Shown here one piece after another: positions 1-9,780 of a stretch of 36,640 bases of DNA (position 1 is the first letter of the stretch; each line of letters opens with the position of its first letter). The notes under the pieces were generated by a model. The model was not told the DNA's origin. It searched no databases and saw nothing but the letters and a program-made list of their open reading frames with translations. Made by a program: the position numbers and the translations under genes. Source of the DNA: Micropepsaceae bacterium (GTDB taxonomy: Bacteria; Pseudomonadota; Alphaproteobacteria; Micropepsales; Micropepsaceae); assembly GCA_035631495.1 (NCBI GenBank), contig DASQIQ010000252.1, forward strand, positions 1 to 36,640, read 5' to 3'.

Positions 1-2
1 AT

Positions 3-1010
3 CTGGCGGACCGCTTCGTAGCCCGGCCCCCCGAAAGTCTCGTCGCGGCCCTCGTCTATGGTCCGGACCAGGGCATGGTGCGCGAGCGCGCGGCGACGCT
101 TGCACGAAGCGTGGTTCCCGATCTCAACGATCCCTTTCGCGTCGCCGAACTCGACGAGGCCGTGCTCGACGCCGATCCGGCACGCCTGTGGGACGAGGCG
201 GCGGCGCTTTCCATGATCGGCGGGCGGCGCGTCGTGCGCGTTCGCGGCGCGGGCAATGGGCTGGCGAAAGCATTCGAACAATTCCTTTCCGAACCCAAGG
301 GAGATGCGTTGATCGTCGTCGAAGCGGGCGAGCTTGCGAAGAGCGCCGGCTTGCGCCGTGTGTTCGACGAGGCGGACAATGCCGCCGCGATCGCCTGCTA
401 TCCCGACGGCGAGCGCGCGCTTGAGGAGGTCGTGCGCACCGCCCTGAAAGAGATGGGGCTTTCCATCGAGGCCGATGCGTTGGACTACGCTGTGTCGCGC
501 CTGGGTTCCGACCGCGGCGTCACCCGCTCCGAGTTGGAAAAGCTTGCGCTTTACGCCATGGGTGAAAAGACCGTGACAGTGGCGCATGCAGCTGCCGTGA
601 TGGGAGACGAATCGGAACTGCGCATGGAAGAGACCTTCGATGCCGCGGGCGAGGGCGAATACTCCCGGCTCGACGTCTCACTATCGCGGCTTTGGGCGGC
701 GGGCACCACGCCCGTCGCCGTGTTGCGGCAGGCCATGACCCATTTCCAGCGGCTGCTCCTGGTGCGCGCGGAATCCGACGAGGGGAAGAATGCCGCTCTG
801 GCGATAAAGAAACTGCGGCCTCCGGTACATTTCTCGCGCGAACAATCTTTCCGTGCCCAAGTCGCGCGCTGGACGGCGGTGAGATTGGAAGAGGCGCTGA
901 CGCACCTCTACGAGGCCGAAGCGCTGGTGAAGACCACCGCGGTGCCGGGCGAAGCAGCCTGCGGACGGGCGCTTCTCTCCGTCGCTGCGCTCGCCAATGC
1001 GGGGCGCTGA
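3..1010 (+). CDS. holA: DNA polymerase III delta subunit (HolA), 5' end outside the window
   Basis: The frame is open from the window edge ([28 protein letters not shown]...), which matches the usual HolA N-terminal region. The length and helical C-terminal half also fit. Stop TGA is at 1008-1010. Confidence 0.85.
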   Translation: MADRFVARPPESLVAALVYGPDQGMVRERAATLARSVVPDLNDPFRVAELDEAVLDADPARLWDEAAALSMIGGRRVVRVRGAGNGLAKAFEQFLSEPKGDALIVVEAGELAKSAGLRRVFDEADNAAAIACYPDGERALEEVVRTALKEMGLSIEADALDYAVSRLGSDRGVTRSELEKLALYAMGEKTVTVAHAAAVMGDESELRMEETFDAAGEGEYSRLDVSLSRLWAAGTTPVAVLRQAMTHFQRLLLVRAESDEGKNAALAIKKLRPPVHFSREQSFRAQVARWTAVRLEEALTHLYEAEALVKTTAVPGEAACGRALLSVAALANAGR

Positions 1011-1011
1011 G

Positions 1012-1767
1012 ATGCTCAAGATCCGCGTCATTCCTTGCCTTGATGTCAAAGACGGCCGCGTGGTCAAGGGGGTGAACTTTGTGTCCTTGCGTGATGCGGG
1101 CGATCCGGTCGAGCAGGCGATTATCTATGATGAGGCCGGGGCCGATGAGCTGTGCTTCCTCGACATCACGGCCAGCCATGAGAAACGGCCGATCCTCCTC
1201 GATGTGGTGAAGCGCACGGCGTCGGCCTGTTTCATGCCCCTCACCGTCGGAGGCGGTGTGCGCAGCATCGAAGATGTCCGTGCTTTGCTTCTCGCGGGCG
1301 CCGACAAGGTCTCGATCAACACCGAAGCGGTTCGCCGGCCTGAATTCATCCGCGAGGGGGCTGAGAAATTCGGTAGCCAATGCATTGTCGCCGCCATCGA
1401 TGCGAAGCGGGTGAACGGACGGTTTGAGGTCTTCACCCATGGCGGGCGCAACGCCACCGGCATTGATGCCGTCGAGCACGCGGTCAAGCTTACCGCCCAC
1501 GGCGCCGGCGAAATTCTGCTCACCTCGATGGACCGCGATGGCACCAAAAGCGGCTATGATCTTGAACTCACGCGTGCGGTCGCCGATGCGGTGCCGGTGC
1601 CGGTGATCGCATCGGGCGGCGTCGGATCGCTCGATGATCTGGTCGCCGGCGTGACCCAGGGGCGGGCAAACGCGGTGCTGGCCGCTTCGATCTTCCATTT
1701 CGGAGAGGCGACAATTCGCGACGCCAAATCGCGGCTTGCCGCCGCGGGCCTTCCGGTCAGGCTGTAA
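1012..1767 (+). CDS. hisF: Imidazole glycerol phosphate synthase cyclase subunit HisF
   Basis: [23 protein letters not shown]...DITAS...LTVGGGV...[12 protein letters not shown]...ASGG...ASIFHF is near-canonical HisF along its full length. The ATG at 1012 sits 1 nt after the holA stop (TGAgATG). Confidence 0.95.
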   Translation: MLKIRVIPCLDVKDGRVVKGVNFVSLRDAGDPVEQAIIYDEAGADELCFLDITASHEKRPILLDVVKRTASACFMPLTVGGGVRSIEDVRALLLAGADKVSINTEAVRRPEFIREGAEKFGSQCIVAAIDAKRVNGRFEVFTHGGRNATGIDAVEHAVKLTAHGAGEILLTSMDRDGTKSGYDLELTRAVADAVPVPVIASGGVGSLDDLVAGVTQGRANAVLAASIFHFGEATIRDAKSRLAAAGLPVRL

Positions 1768-1774
1768 GAGGAAG

Positions 1775-2485
1775 CTAGCGGCGCAGGGCCGCGGCGACCG
1801 GAGCGCGCGAGCCCGATGCGGCCTGCGGGCGGAGCGAAGAAGGAGCGGGCTGGCTTTCGGAGCCGTTTCCGGCCACCAGCGATGTCCCCAAGAATTCAAT
1901 GCCGATCCCGTCTTCATGATGGCGTGCCACACGTCCGGCACGGTGGCCGATGAGGACATGTTCGCCGAGGGGCGGCCTAAACTCGCTGCGCAACGAGACG
2001 CCGGAAAGCGAGAGGTCGATCACTTCGCAGCGGATCTGATCGCCAGTCGATCGCGTGAAATGCGTGATGCTTCCGGTGCTTGCTTCGACTCGGTCGAAGC
2101 GCCTGAGTTCGGCACCGTCCAGGAGATGCCGATTCATCTCCAGCATCAATTGGTCGGCCAGCTTTTCACGCTTCTGCAGCGAGCAGGTGAACGTCATGAC
2201 GAAGCTGCCGCGCTTTGCCCGTACGATCGGGCCCTCAAAGCGTCCCAGCGTGTCGAGATAGATGACGGCCCGGCCTTTCGGCTCTTCCCGCAATTGGCAA
2301 AGCAGGCTGGCATCTCCCGGAGAAATATCCTCGACGGTGCAGATGCACTCTTCCTGGGTGGCCGGGATATAAAGGCGGCCGGTGACCGCAACATGGATGC
2401 GCCGAAAGCGGCGGCGCTCTTTTAAGGCGCGCGCGATGACTTTTTGGCCAGCTTCCCTGGCTCGGCTTTCGTCGGACGAGGTCAT
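1775..2485 (-). CDS. Tandem PilZ-domain protein (putative c-di-GMP receptor)
   Basis: Two PilZ-like units are present: RRRFRRIHV...VEDISPGD and LRRFDRVEA...VIDLSLSGVSL. The start is placed at the internal Met (MTSSDES). The ORF-track start at 2593 is also possible. Confidence 0.65.
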   Translation of the reverse strand: MTSSDESRAREAGQKVIARALKERRRFRRIHVAVTGRLYIPATQEECICTVEDISPGDASLLCQLREEPKGRAVIYLDTLGRFEGPIVRAKRGSFVMTFTCSLQKREKLADQLMLEMNRHLLDGAELRRFDRVEASTGSITHFTRSTGDQIRCEVIDLSLSGVSLRSEFRPPLGEHVLIGHRAGRVARHHEDGIGIEFLGTSLVAGNGSESQPAPSSLRPQAASGSRAPVAAALRR

Positions 2486-2677
2486 GAGCGCAAGGGACCC
2501 AGTACGGATTTCGAACGCCAACCCTAAGGCCCCATTGCTCAAGAAAGTGTTTAGAACGGTGCTTGGAAGGCCCTTTCGAGCGGGTTGCCTCAACAGGACT
2601 TAACCAAAGTGACCGGTTTTTTCCGCGTTCTTTCGGGAACCTTTGAATAGGCGTATGGTTGTCATCTGGAGGCCGCC

Positions 2678-3037
2678 ATGAAAGCGCGTGACTCTCGAGT
2701 GATTTTTGCCGCCCTCGCCTTTGCGGGAACGGGTGGATTGGCTTTGGCCCAATCGCTTCCCGCCTCTCCTGGACGCGATCTTTCCCTTGGCACGTCGACG
2801 TTCAACGTTCGCACCATGGATTTCGATCTGTGGTGCCAACAGACGCAGCGTTATGCGGCCGAGCGTTGCGCCGCACGCCGGGCCGAAGACGTCAAGGCCT
2901 TCGAGGACTATCGCAGTTCTATCGAGCGCTACGAGCTCGATTACCTCAAGCAGGTGCAGAAGGACCAGAATGCGCGGACCCGCACCAATCGCGATCCCAG
3001 CCAGACCGTCAGCGGAAAACAGGACGGCGTGCCGTAG
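2678..3037 (+). CDS. Small secreted protein of unknown function
   Basis: Signal peptide MKARDSRVIFAALAFAGTGGLALAQ; RBS GGAGG 7 nt upstream of the ATG; coding-like composition. Confidence 0.55.
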   Translation: MKARDSRVIFAALAFAGTGGLALAQSLPASPGRDLSLGTSTFNVRTMDFDLWCQQTQRYAAERCAARRAEDVKAFEDYRSSIERYELDYLKQVQKDQNARTRTNRDPSQTVSGKQDGVP

Positions 3038-3050
3038 CGCGCCAACGCCC

Positions 3051-3764
3051 TCAGAGCGGCCCGATATCCGCTCTACCGCTCTTCATTTTCGCGACAAAGC
3101 CCATGAAATTCTCGACGACGTCGCCGGCGGCGATGTCGAGCGCGTCATTCTTCGTCTCCATGCTGACGCGCGAGCTGACAAGGCGCAAATGCGGCGCCCG
3201 CGGATGGGCCCGCCAGCCATCGCGAAACGATGGTGGAGGCGGGGGAGCGGAGGGCGGATCAATCGTTCCGCTATCCTCTTCCCGCACGAGCTTTGAGGTC
3301 ACCAAGCGTTCGAAACTGATGGCCTGTCCCGCCAAGGGCGCGACATCGGTCAAGGCCTGTGCCACGCCGAGAAACCGCTCGGGCTGATCGGATCCGAAGG
3401 TAATGGGCATCAGGACTGTCTCTATCTCGATCATATGGCAATGGTCGACGGCGCCAATCGAGTTGAGGCAGAGAGGAAGGCCCGTACGCAAGGATTGGCG
3501 CAGCAGCTCCGATAGGCGCGCGGTGCTCTCCGGATCCCAATGGAGGAAATAGTCGCGGCCGCGAAGCTCGCTGCCATAGCGTTCGCACAGCGTTGTCCCC
3601 GCCAGCCGGTAGGTGAAGTTCCCTCCCCGTGCATCCAACAGGAAAACAAAGGGCAAGAGGCGCTTGAGCGCCTTGGGATCGATATCGGCCTGATCGGGTG
3701 TCGCGCGCCCATTGCGGATGCGGCTCCAATATCCGACTGCGAAATGACTGTTCCGATGCTTCAT
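3051..3764 (-). CDS. PAS_5 (DUF1457)-type PAS domain protein
   Basis: YWSRIRNGRATPDQADIDPKALKRLLPFVFLLD....FTYRLAGTTLCERYGSELRG matches the Rhizobiales PAS_5 pattern. The C-terminal half is Pro-rich and uncharacterised. Confidence 0.65.
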   Translation of the reverse strand: MKHRNSHFAVGYWSRIRNGRATPDQADIDPKALKRLLPFVFLLDARGGNFTYRLAGTTLCERYGSELRGRDYFLHWDPESTARLSELLRQSLRTGLPLCLNSIGAVDHCHMIEIETVLMPITFGSDQPERFLGVAQALTDVAPLAGQAISFERLVTSKLVREEDSGTIDPPSAPPPPPSFRDGWRAHPRAPHLRLVSSRVSMETKNDALDIAAGDVVENFMGFVAKMKSGRADIGPL

Positions 3765-3953
3765 CGCGACACCTATTCACCAATTCGAGGGAGCCGTATC
3801 AGCTTGGGGCAAATCGCCGCGCGGCTCCGCAACTGAGGGTCAGGACAGCGAAAGCCGTGCCAACACCGGCCATTCGAGGCGTGAACCCAAATCACGCGTA
3901 TCGTCAGTGGCTTAGCCTATCGCGACCGGCGAACTCCCGGTTCGGACGTCCCC

Positions 3954-4655
3954 TCATCCCCAGGGGCCGCGTGTATAGCGTCCAAAAAGGGGAAAATGGG
4001 AGAGCAAAGGCGTCAGCAAAAATCCCGCAGCAAATCCTCCAACATGTGCCCACCACGCGGTCCCGGGAGTGCCGGGTGAAGCGCCAACGCCATTCAAGAG
4101 CTGCAAAACAAACCAGAAACCGATGACGTAGAAAGCGGAAATCTTCGTCGGATACAAAAGTATCCCCAAGGGAATGATGACGGTCACGCGGGCGCGGGGA
4201 TAAATCAACACATAGGCGGCCAAGACGCCGGAGATTGCGCCCGAAGCCCCAACCATGGGCAGCGCGGAATGCCGATCGGCGATTCCTTCCGCGAGGGCTG
4301 CCGTTATCCCGCAGGCGAGATAGAAGAGGACGAAGCGCGTGTGGCCCATCGCGTCCTCGACATTGTTCCCGAAAATCCAGAGGAAGAGCATGTTGCCGCC
4401 GAGGTGCAGGAAACCGCCATGCAAGAACATCGAGGTGATCAAGGTCAGCACGGGCCACGGAATCCCGTATACCGTTTGCGTTAAAGCGGAATCGAAGAGA
4501 TTGCGGGGCACGAAGCCGAGCGAAAATAACAGCGTCTCTCCATCGCTTTCACTGAATGAGAGCTGCCAGAAGAACGTCGCGATACAAGCAAAAATAATTG
4601 CCCAGGTCACGAATGGCTTGAGCCGCGTTGGGTTTTCGTCCGAGATCGGAATCAT
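3954..4655 (-). CDS. Rhomboid family intramembrane serine protease
   Basis: HGGFLHLGGNMLFLWIFG, catalytic GASGAISGV and AHVGGFAAG motifs; multi-TM profile. Confidence 0.9.
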   Translation of the reverse strand: MIPISDENPTRLKPFVTWAIIFACIATFFWQLSFSESDGETLLFSLGFVPRNLFDSALTQTVYGIPWPVLTLITSMFLHGGFLHLGGNMLFLWIFGNNVEDAMGHTRFVLFYLACGITAALAEGIADRHSALPMVGASGAISGVLAAYVLIYPRARVTVIIPLGILLYPTKISAFYVIGFWFVLQLLNGVGASPGTPGTAWWAHVGGFAAGFLLTPLLSHFPLFGRYTRGPWG

Positions 4656-4888
4656 TATGGGGGCGGCAGTTCGCCGCTCAATGGCTCATCGAGCCGTGTT
4701 TCTTTATGACGCATATATCCGCTTTGCGGTCTTGTCGACACGGCTCTTCCGCAAGGAGGAATAGCGGTTTGGGAATCCGAAACACCAGGAGCCCAGTGGA
4801 ACGAACGAATTCGTTGCGTGGCTTCCCATAGAGAAAAATTCGCGCGGCGATGATATTTTGCGCCAGCGCGGCCGCGGACCGGCTTCCT

Positions 4889-5203
4889 TCAGCCTCCGGA
4901 ATAGCGGAATTGGCTATTATACACGCGTCCGACGTGATCGCGCCGACGTTTTAGTCTAATAGCTTCGTCATGCAGCCGCGCGCGATGGGCCGCTTCGATC
5001 GCGCCATCGAAATGGAAGCGTGCTTCCTCATAGCGGTTTTTTGCGCCGTGCAAGCGCGCCTCGTACATCGCGTCATAGGCCGCTTCCGCCAACGCCTCCA
5101 AACGCACCATGTCAACGCGGGCGATGATCCCGTCTTCGTCCACTGCTCTAGAAATGAGCCTTGCGCGTTTGCGCTCACGTCGCCTTCGCCACCACTCGCG
5201 CAT
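4889..5203 (-). CDS. Small Arg-rich hypothetical protein
   Basis: Only ORF length (104 aa) and coding-like codon bias support it. No motif recognised. Confidence 0.35.
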   Translation of the reverse strand: MREWWRRRRERKRARLISRAVDEDGIIARVDMVRLEALAEAAYDAMYEARLHGAKNRYEEARFHFDGAIEAAHRARLHDEAIRLKRRRDHVGRVYNSQFRYSGG

Positions 5204-5524
5204 CGACGATTCTCCCCCAAGCTCTTATGGGCAAGTCTAGAACGAGAAACTGGTTCTTACCAATATGCCGAAACCATTTCTGATGGCTCTTTCACAAATT
5301 TCTTTCGCGGAACTCCAGGTTGCAAGCTTGAGCTTTGTCTCACCCGGCCTAAGCGGGGGCGGGCGTCTCGCACAGCTGATTGTCCCCGGCTGCTGCGCGA
5401 GCCGAAGAAAAGCGCCCTCATGGCTCGCTCCGCGCCCATGCGCGCGCTACAATACGCGCCAAGATCGGCCAGCGGCGGGGAACGACGCAGCGAAGGCTGA
5501 CCTGTGAAATCCCCCGAGGACGAG

Positions 5525-6223
5525 ATGGCCTTTCTTCAGGACACCCGGCCGTCGCGAGCGCCGCTTTTGAACGCTCCTCCGATTGTGCTCTGGCTCATCG
5601 GTTTGTTGCTGGCCACGCACGCGTTGCGCGTGTTCCTGCCGGGAAGTTTGCCCGAGGACATCCTTGTCGAGTACTCGCTGACCCCGGCGCGCTACGCGGC
5701 AGTGCTCGCACAAACGACCCACGCGGATAGCGTGATCGGCGTGATCGTTCCCTTAATCACCTATATCTTCCTGCATGCCGATTTCACCCATGTCGGCGTC
5801 AACAGCCTATGGCTGCTGGTTTTCGGGCCGATCGTGGCGCGCCGGCTTGGGACTTTGAGATTCCTGCTGTTCTTTTTGGTGTGCGGAGTCGCCGCCGCTC
5901 TTGTCCATCTCACCGTCTATTGGGGTTCACCGATGCAGGTGGTGGGTGCGAGCGGCGCGGTGTCGGGCCTGATGGCCGCAGGAATGCGCCTTCTCTATGG
6001 CCGCCTGTATGGTGGCGCTGACGGGCTCGCGCCGATTTTCTCCAAGCCTATCCTGGGCTTCTCGGCGGTATGGATCATCGCCAATGTGGTCAGCGGCATT
6101 TTGCGGATAGGCGTGAGCGATGATCTGACCTTGATCGCCTGGGTCGCCCACCTCGGCGGTTTCTTCGCTGGCCTGATCCTGATCGGCCCATTCGGGAGGC
6201 GTGTGGAATCCTTCTCGGCTTGA
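5525..6223 (+). CDS. Rhomboid family intramembrane serine protease (second copy)
   Basis: HADFTHVGVNSLWLLVFG, GASGAVSGL and AHLGGFFAG motifs. The ATG at 5525 is preferred over the GTG at 5504. Confidence 0.85.
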   Translation: MAFLQDTRPSRAPLLNAPPIVLWLIGLLLATHALRVFLPGSLPEDILVEYSLTPARYAAVLAQTTHADSVIGVIVPLITYIFLHADFTHVGVNSLWLLVFGPIVARRLGTLRFLLFFLVCGVAAALVHLTVYWGSPMQVVGASGAVSGLMAAGMRLLYGRLYGGADGLAPIFSKPILGFSAVWIIANVVSGILRIGVSDDLTLIAWVAHLGGFFAGLILIGPFGRRVESFSA

Positions 6224-6287
6224 AGCGCGCCGAGGACGATCTACATGTCGTATGAATTCGTCGAGCCGGTGGGACAGGAGAGTTGCC

Positions 6288-6599
6288 ATGAGCGATTCCA
6301 CGAGCGGTGATGCTCATATTCACCAAGAAGGGACGAGGGTGGGAGGGCGCCTGCCTTTTCCGTGGGTGCGGCTCCTCTACGCTGTCGGATTTGGCTTCAT
6401 CGCCTGGGTGATGTTCTGGCTGATCGTGCTCATCCTCGCGCCGTTGCATTACATCGTGCTTGCGATCGCCGGAAAACCCAATGAGGAGCTCAAGGAAATG
6501 ACCCAGCGGGCGGTGCATTATCTTGTCGAGCTTCTGGTCTTTGTGACGGGCACCGGCGAGGAAAAGCCTTTCCCCCTGGGGCCCTTTCCCAAGGTTTGA
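6288..6599 (+). CDS. DUF4389-like small membrane protein
   Basis: MSDSTSG...PFPWVRLLYAVGFGFIAWVMFWLIVLILAPLHYIVLAIAG has the two-TM layout typical of DUF4389. The start is placed at the internal ATG at 6288. Confidence 0.55.
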   Translation: MSDSTSGDAHIHQEGTRVGGRLPFPWVRLLYAVGFGFIAWVMFWLIVLILAPLHYIVLAIAGKPNEELKEMTQRAVHYLVELLVFVTGTGEEKPFPLGPFPKV

Positions 6600-6806
6600 A
6601 TCGCCTCTCGCGGCCTCGCGATCCCGAATCGAATGTTTTAGAATGTTCCCGCGCCTTGCCGGGCGGGGGATCAAAAAAGTTCGCCTTTGCTGACGGACTC
6701 TTGATTGGACAGCGCTGAAGATGGACGCCGTCCTATCCCATGACGCCCCGGCAAAACGTCCGCGAGCGCGGGAAACAGTGCCGGTGTCACAAAGGAAAGC
6801 CTTGCC

Positions 6807-8891
6807 ATGACGAGAATGAGTTTCGCCGCCCTAGGTCTGTTGCTGGCCGGCTCGGTTATTGGCGCTATCGCCGCCGAAACCGCGCCCGCGCCGAACCGTC
6901 CCGCCGCGGCGGGCGCCGCCCAGAAGAAAACCGTTTTTGGACGTTGGGGCGTCGATCTATCCGGAATGGATCGAACCGTGAATCCAGGGGATGATTTCTT
7001 CCGCTACATGAACGGCGCCTGGTTCGACAAGGCGGTCATACCCCCTGATCGCACGAGCACCGGCTCGTTCCTCGATCTGGATATCCAGAGCGAGGACCAG
7101 GTCCGCGCCATCGCCGCCGATCTAGAGGCTCGTCAGAACAATCTGACCCCGGACGAGAAACGGGTTCGCGATCTCTATCACAGCTATGTCGACACTCAGC
7201 GCATCGAGCAGCTTGGGCTGAAACCGGCCGAGAAGGATTTGCAGACCATCGCCGGCATCAAAACGCTGGACGATGTGGCGCGGGCTATGGGTTCGATCAA
7301 GCTCGGGACCGAGGGCATCTTCGATTCGCGAATCAATGTGGATGACAAGAATCCCGGCGCCTACGCGGTCTTCGTCCGGGAATCGGGATTGGGGCTGCCG
7401 GACCGCGACTATTACCTCAAGGACGAGAAGGGTATCGTCGCGGCGCGCAGCGCCTATCGCATCTACATTGCGGACATGCTCAAGCTTGGCGCGGTTCCCG
7501 ATGCGGAGACGAAGGCCGCCAATATCTTCAATCTCGAAACGGAAATCGCCAAGCTCCATTGGGCGCGGGCCGAGCGTCGCGATGCCGACAAAATGTACAA
7601 CCCGATGGGCGTCGCGGAGCTCCAGACATTCGCGCCGCAATTTCCCTGGGCGGTATTTCTGAAGGAAAGCGGCATTCCCAATCCAACGCAGCGTCGCGTC
7701 ATCGTCGAGGAGAAATCGGCTTTCCCGCCGTTGGCGGCGCTATTCGCCAAGACCCCCGTCGAGGTCTGGCGTGATTATATGACATTCCATTATCTCTCCG
7801 GTCGCGCCGCCTATCTGCCCAAGCGCTTCGATGATTTGCGCTTCGACTTCTACGGCAAGATCCTCGGGGGGCAGGGGCAGCAATTGGCGCGCGAAAAGCG
7901 CGGCGTGCGCTTCCTGGGCGGCGTCATCGGCCAGGGCGTCGGCAAGATCTATGTCGCGAAATATTTCTCGCCCGAAGCGAAGGAGAAAGCGAAGGAACTC
8001 GTCGCAAATCTTCTCAGCGTCTATCGGCAACGCATCGAAACCGCGGCGTGGATGTCGCCAGCGACACGCCAGAAGGCGCTTGAGAAGCTGGCGCATTTTA
8101 CCGTCAAGATCGCCTATCCCGACACATGGCGCGATTATTCCAAGCTGCAAGCCAATGCCGACGATCTTCTGGGCAATGCCGAGCGCGGCAGCGAGTTCGA
8201 ATGGAATCGCAAGCTGGTGCGGTTGGATCAGCCGGTCGACCGCAGCGAGTGGGGAATGTCGCCTCAGACCGTCAACGCCTATTACGATACCTCGCTGAAC
8301 GAAATCGTCTTTCCGGCGGCGATTTTGCAGCCTCCCTTCTTCGATCCCAATGCCGACGACGCCGTCAATTACGGCGGCATCGGCGCGGTGATCGGCCATG
8401 AGATCAGCCATGGCTTTGACGATCAGGGCAGCAAATACGACGCTACGGGTGTGTTGCAGAATTGGTGGACGCCGGACGACCGCAAGAATTTCGACGGAAG
8501 GACGGCTGCGCTGGCCAAGCAGTTCGACACCTACAGCCCGGTGAAGGGGTTATTCGTCAACGGTCAACTGACCCTGGGCGAGAACATTGCCGATCTTGCG
8601 GGTTTGACCGTCGCCCAGGCCGCCTACCACCTTTCCCTCAAAGGGAAAGAGGCCCCCGTGCTCGACGGCTTTACCGGCGACCAGCGCCTGTTCATGGGCT
8701 ATGGGCAGGTCTGGCGCTACAAGGCGCATGAGGAGACCGCGCGCCAGCGCGTGCTCACGGATCCACACAGCCCGCCTGAGTTCCGCATCGATGGCGCGGT
8801 GCGCAATGTGGATGCTTGGTATCAAGCGTTTAATGTAAAACCGGGAAACCAGCTCTATCTCGCACCCGAAGCGCGCGTGCATCTCTGGTAA
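6807..8891 (+). CDS. M13 family zinc metallopeptidase (PepO / endothelin-converting-enzyme-like), secreted
   Basis: Signal peptide; zinc motif HEISHGFDD; downstream GENIADLAG; NAYY and VFPA motifs; 694 aa is the typical length. Confidence 0.93.
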   Translation: MTRMSFAALGLLLAGSVIGAIAAETAPAPNRPAAAGAAQKKTVFGRWGVDLSGMDRTVNPGDDFFRYMNGAWFDKAVIPPDRTSTGSFLDLDIQSEDQVRAIAADLEARQNNLTPDEKRVRDLYHSYVDTQRIEQLGLKPAEKDLQTIAGIKTLDDVARAMGSIKLGTEGIFDSRINVDDKNPGAYAVFVRESGLGLPDRDYYLKDEKGIVAARSAYRIYIADMLKLGAVPDAETKAANIFNLETEIAKLHWARAERRDADKMYNPMGVAELQTFAPQFPWAVFLKESGIPNPTQRRVIVEEKSAFPPLAALFAKTPVEVWRDYMTFHYLSGRAAYLPKRFDDLRFDFYGKILGGQGQQLAREKRGVRFLGGVIGQGVGKIYVAKYFSPEAKEKAKELVANLLSVYRQRIETAAWMSPATRQKALEKLAHFTVKIAYPDTWRDYSKLQANADDLLGNAERGSEFEWNRKLVRLDQPVDRSEWGMSPQTVNAYYDTSLNEIVFPAAILQPPFFDPNADDAVNYGGIGAVIGHEISHGFDDQGSKYDATGVLQNWWTPDDRKNFDGRTAALAKQFDTYSPVKGLFVNGQLTLGENIADLAGLTVAQAAYHLSLKGKEAPVLDGFTGDQRLFMGYGQVWRYKAHEETARQRVLTDPHSPPEFRIDGAVRNVDAWYQAFNVKPGNQLYLAPEARVHLW

Positions 8892-9116
8892 GCGGAGGGG
8901 ATGCTCCTCGGTTGCCGACGCGCGGCGGTGCTTGCCTTGACGGCGGGGGCGCGATAACGGTTGCCTCATTCCCGGGCCGACCTCCGCGAGGGGCGAGGCT
9001 CGGTCGAGCCGGCATAGGGCTTGCCGGCGGACTGTGTGGGCGGACCCTCGCGTTTTGGACTGCGAAAACGTCCAGGATCATTCGGGAATGCGTTTCGCTA
9101 CTCAGGTGGAGTTTCG

Positions 9117-9749
9117 ATGTCAGACGTCAGCAATCAGCGTTCCAGGGCCGGTGCGCGCCGCTTCGCGGGCGCCAATTGGGGCAAAATCGCCAAACGCACC
9201 GGAATCGGCGTTGTAATGCTCGTCGCCGGCGGGGTGATTGCTCTAGCGGGCGAACGCCTGTTCGGCGGCCGCGTTGCGCCGAACGAAGTGCGGATCATGA
9301 CCTATCAAGATTGGCGCGTGATCTGTCCTCCCTTGACGGACGCCACGCCCAATTGTGCGCTGACGGCAGACGTTCTGCGCGACACCGGGGGCATATTGCT
9401 GACCATTTCCATGAACGACCCCACACCGGGCAGTCAGCTATCGCTGACGGTTCCGCATGGGGTTTTGCTTGAACCTGGTCTCGGTTTCGCCGTCGGCAGT
9501 GAACCGGTGCGGGTCAGGCCATACGAGACTTGCACCAATACAGGCTGCATCGCGCTGGTGACAGTCGATGCGGATACGCTGAAATCGCTCAGTGGCAACA
9601 TGGCCGGTCAGGTGTCGGTTGCTGCGCCCAACGCTCAGCAGCCCGTCAACATCCCGTTCTCGCTGAAGGGGTTCGCGGAAGGTTATGGCGAGCTGCAGCG
9701 GAGCAGGGCGCGCCGCACCGGTGTTATCGGTTTTCTCAACCGGCTTTAG
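9117..9749 (+). CDS. Invasion-associated locus B (IalB) family protein
   Basis: N-terminal TM anchor, then YQDWRVICP...C...PYETCTNTGCIA...IPFSLKGFAEGY, the IalB pattern. The ATG at 9117 follows GGTGGAG. Confidence 0.75.
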   Translation: MSDVSNQRSRAGARRFAGANWGKIAKRTGIGVVMLVAGGVIALAGERLFGGRVAPNEVRIMTYQDWRVICPPLTDATPNCALTADVLRDTGGILLTISMNDPTPGSQLSLTVPHGVLLEPGLGFAVGSEPVRVRPYETCTNTGCIALVTVDADTLKSLSGNMAGQVSVAAPNAQQPVNIPFSLKGFAEGYGELQRSRARRTGVIGFLNRL

Positions 9750-9780
9750 GGCCGATTGACGCTGAATGAGGAAGGTCGAC

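Noticed and set aside
520-1959. 479-aa ORF antisense to holA and hisF. The same applies to the other long shadow ORFs: 9784..10767, 12046..13725, 13349..14086, 15736..16770, 17541..18434, 24879..25976, 24902..26053, 28024..29424, 31405..32175, 31904..33019, 32742..34034 and 34582..36156.
   Set aside because: They are Arg/Pro/Gly/Ala-rich translations lying opposite, or out of frame with, genes that have strong family motifs. This is the typical stop-codon-poor shadow frame of high-GC DNA. No recognisable motifs.
4807-4824. GGAAC ... CGTT pair upstream of rhomboid 1, considered as an EcfG promoter.
   Set aside because: The spacer is only 9 nt rather than 16-17, and no plus-strand gene follows it.
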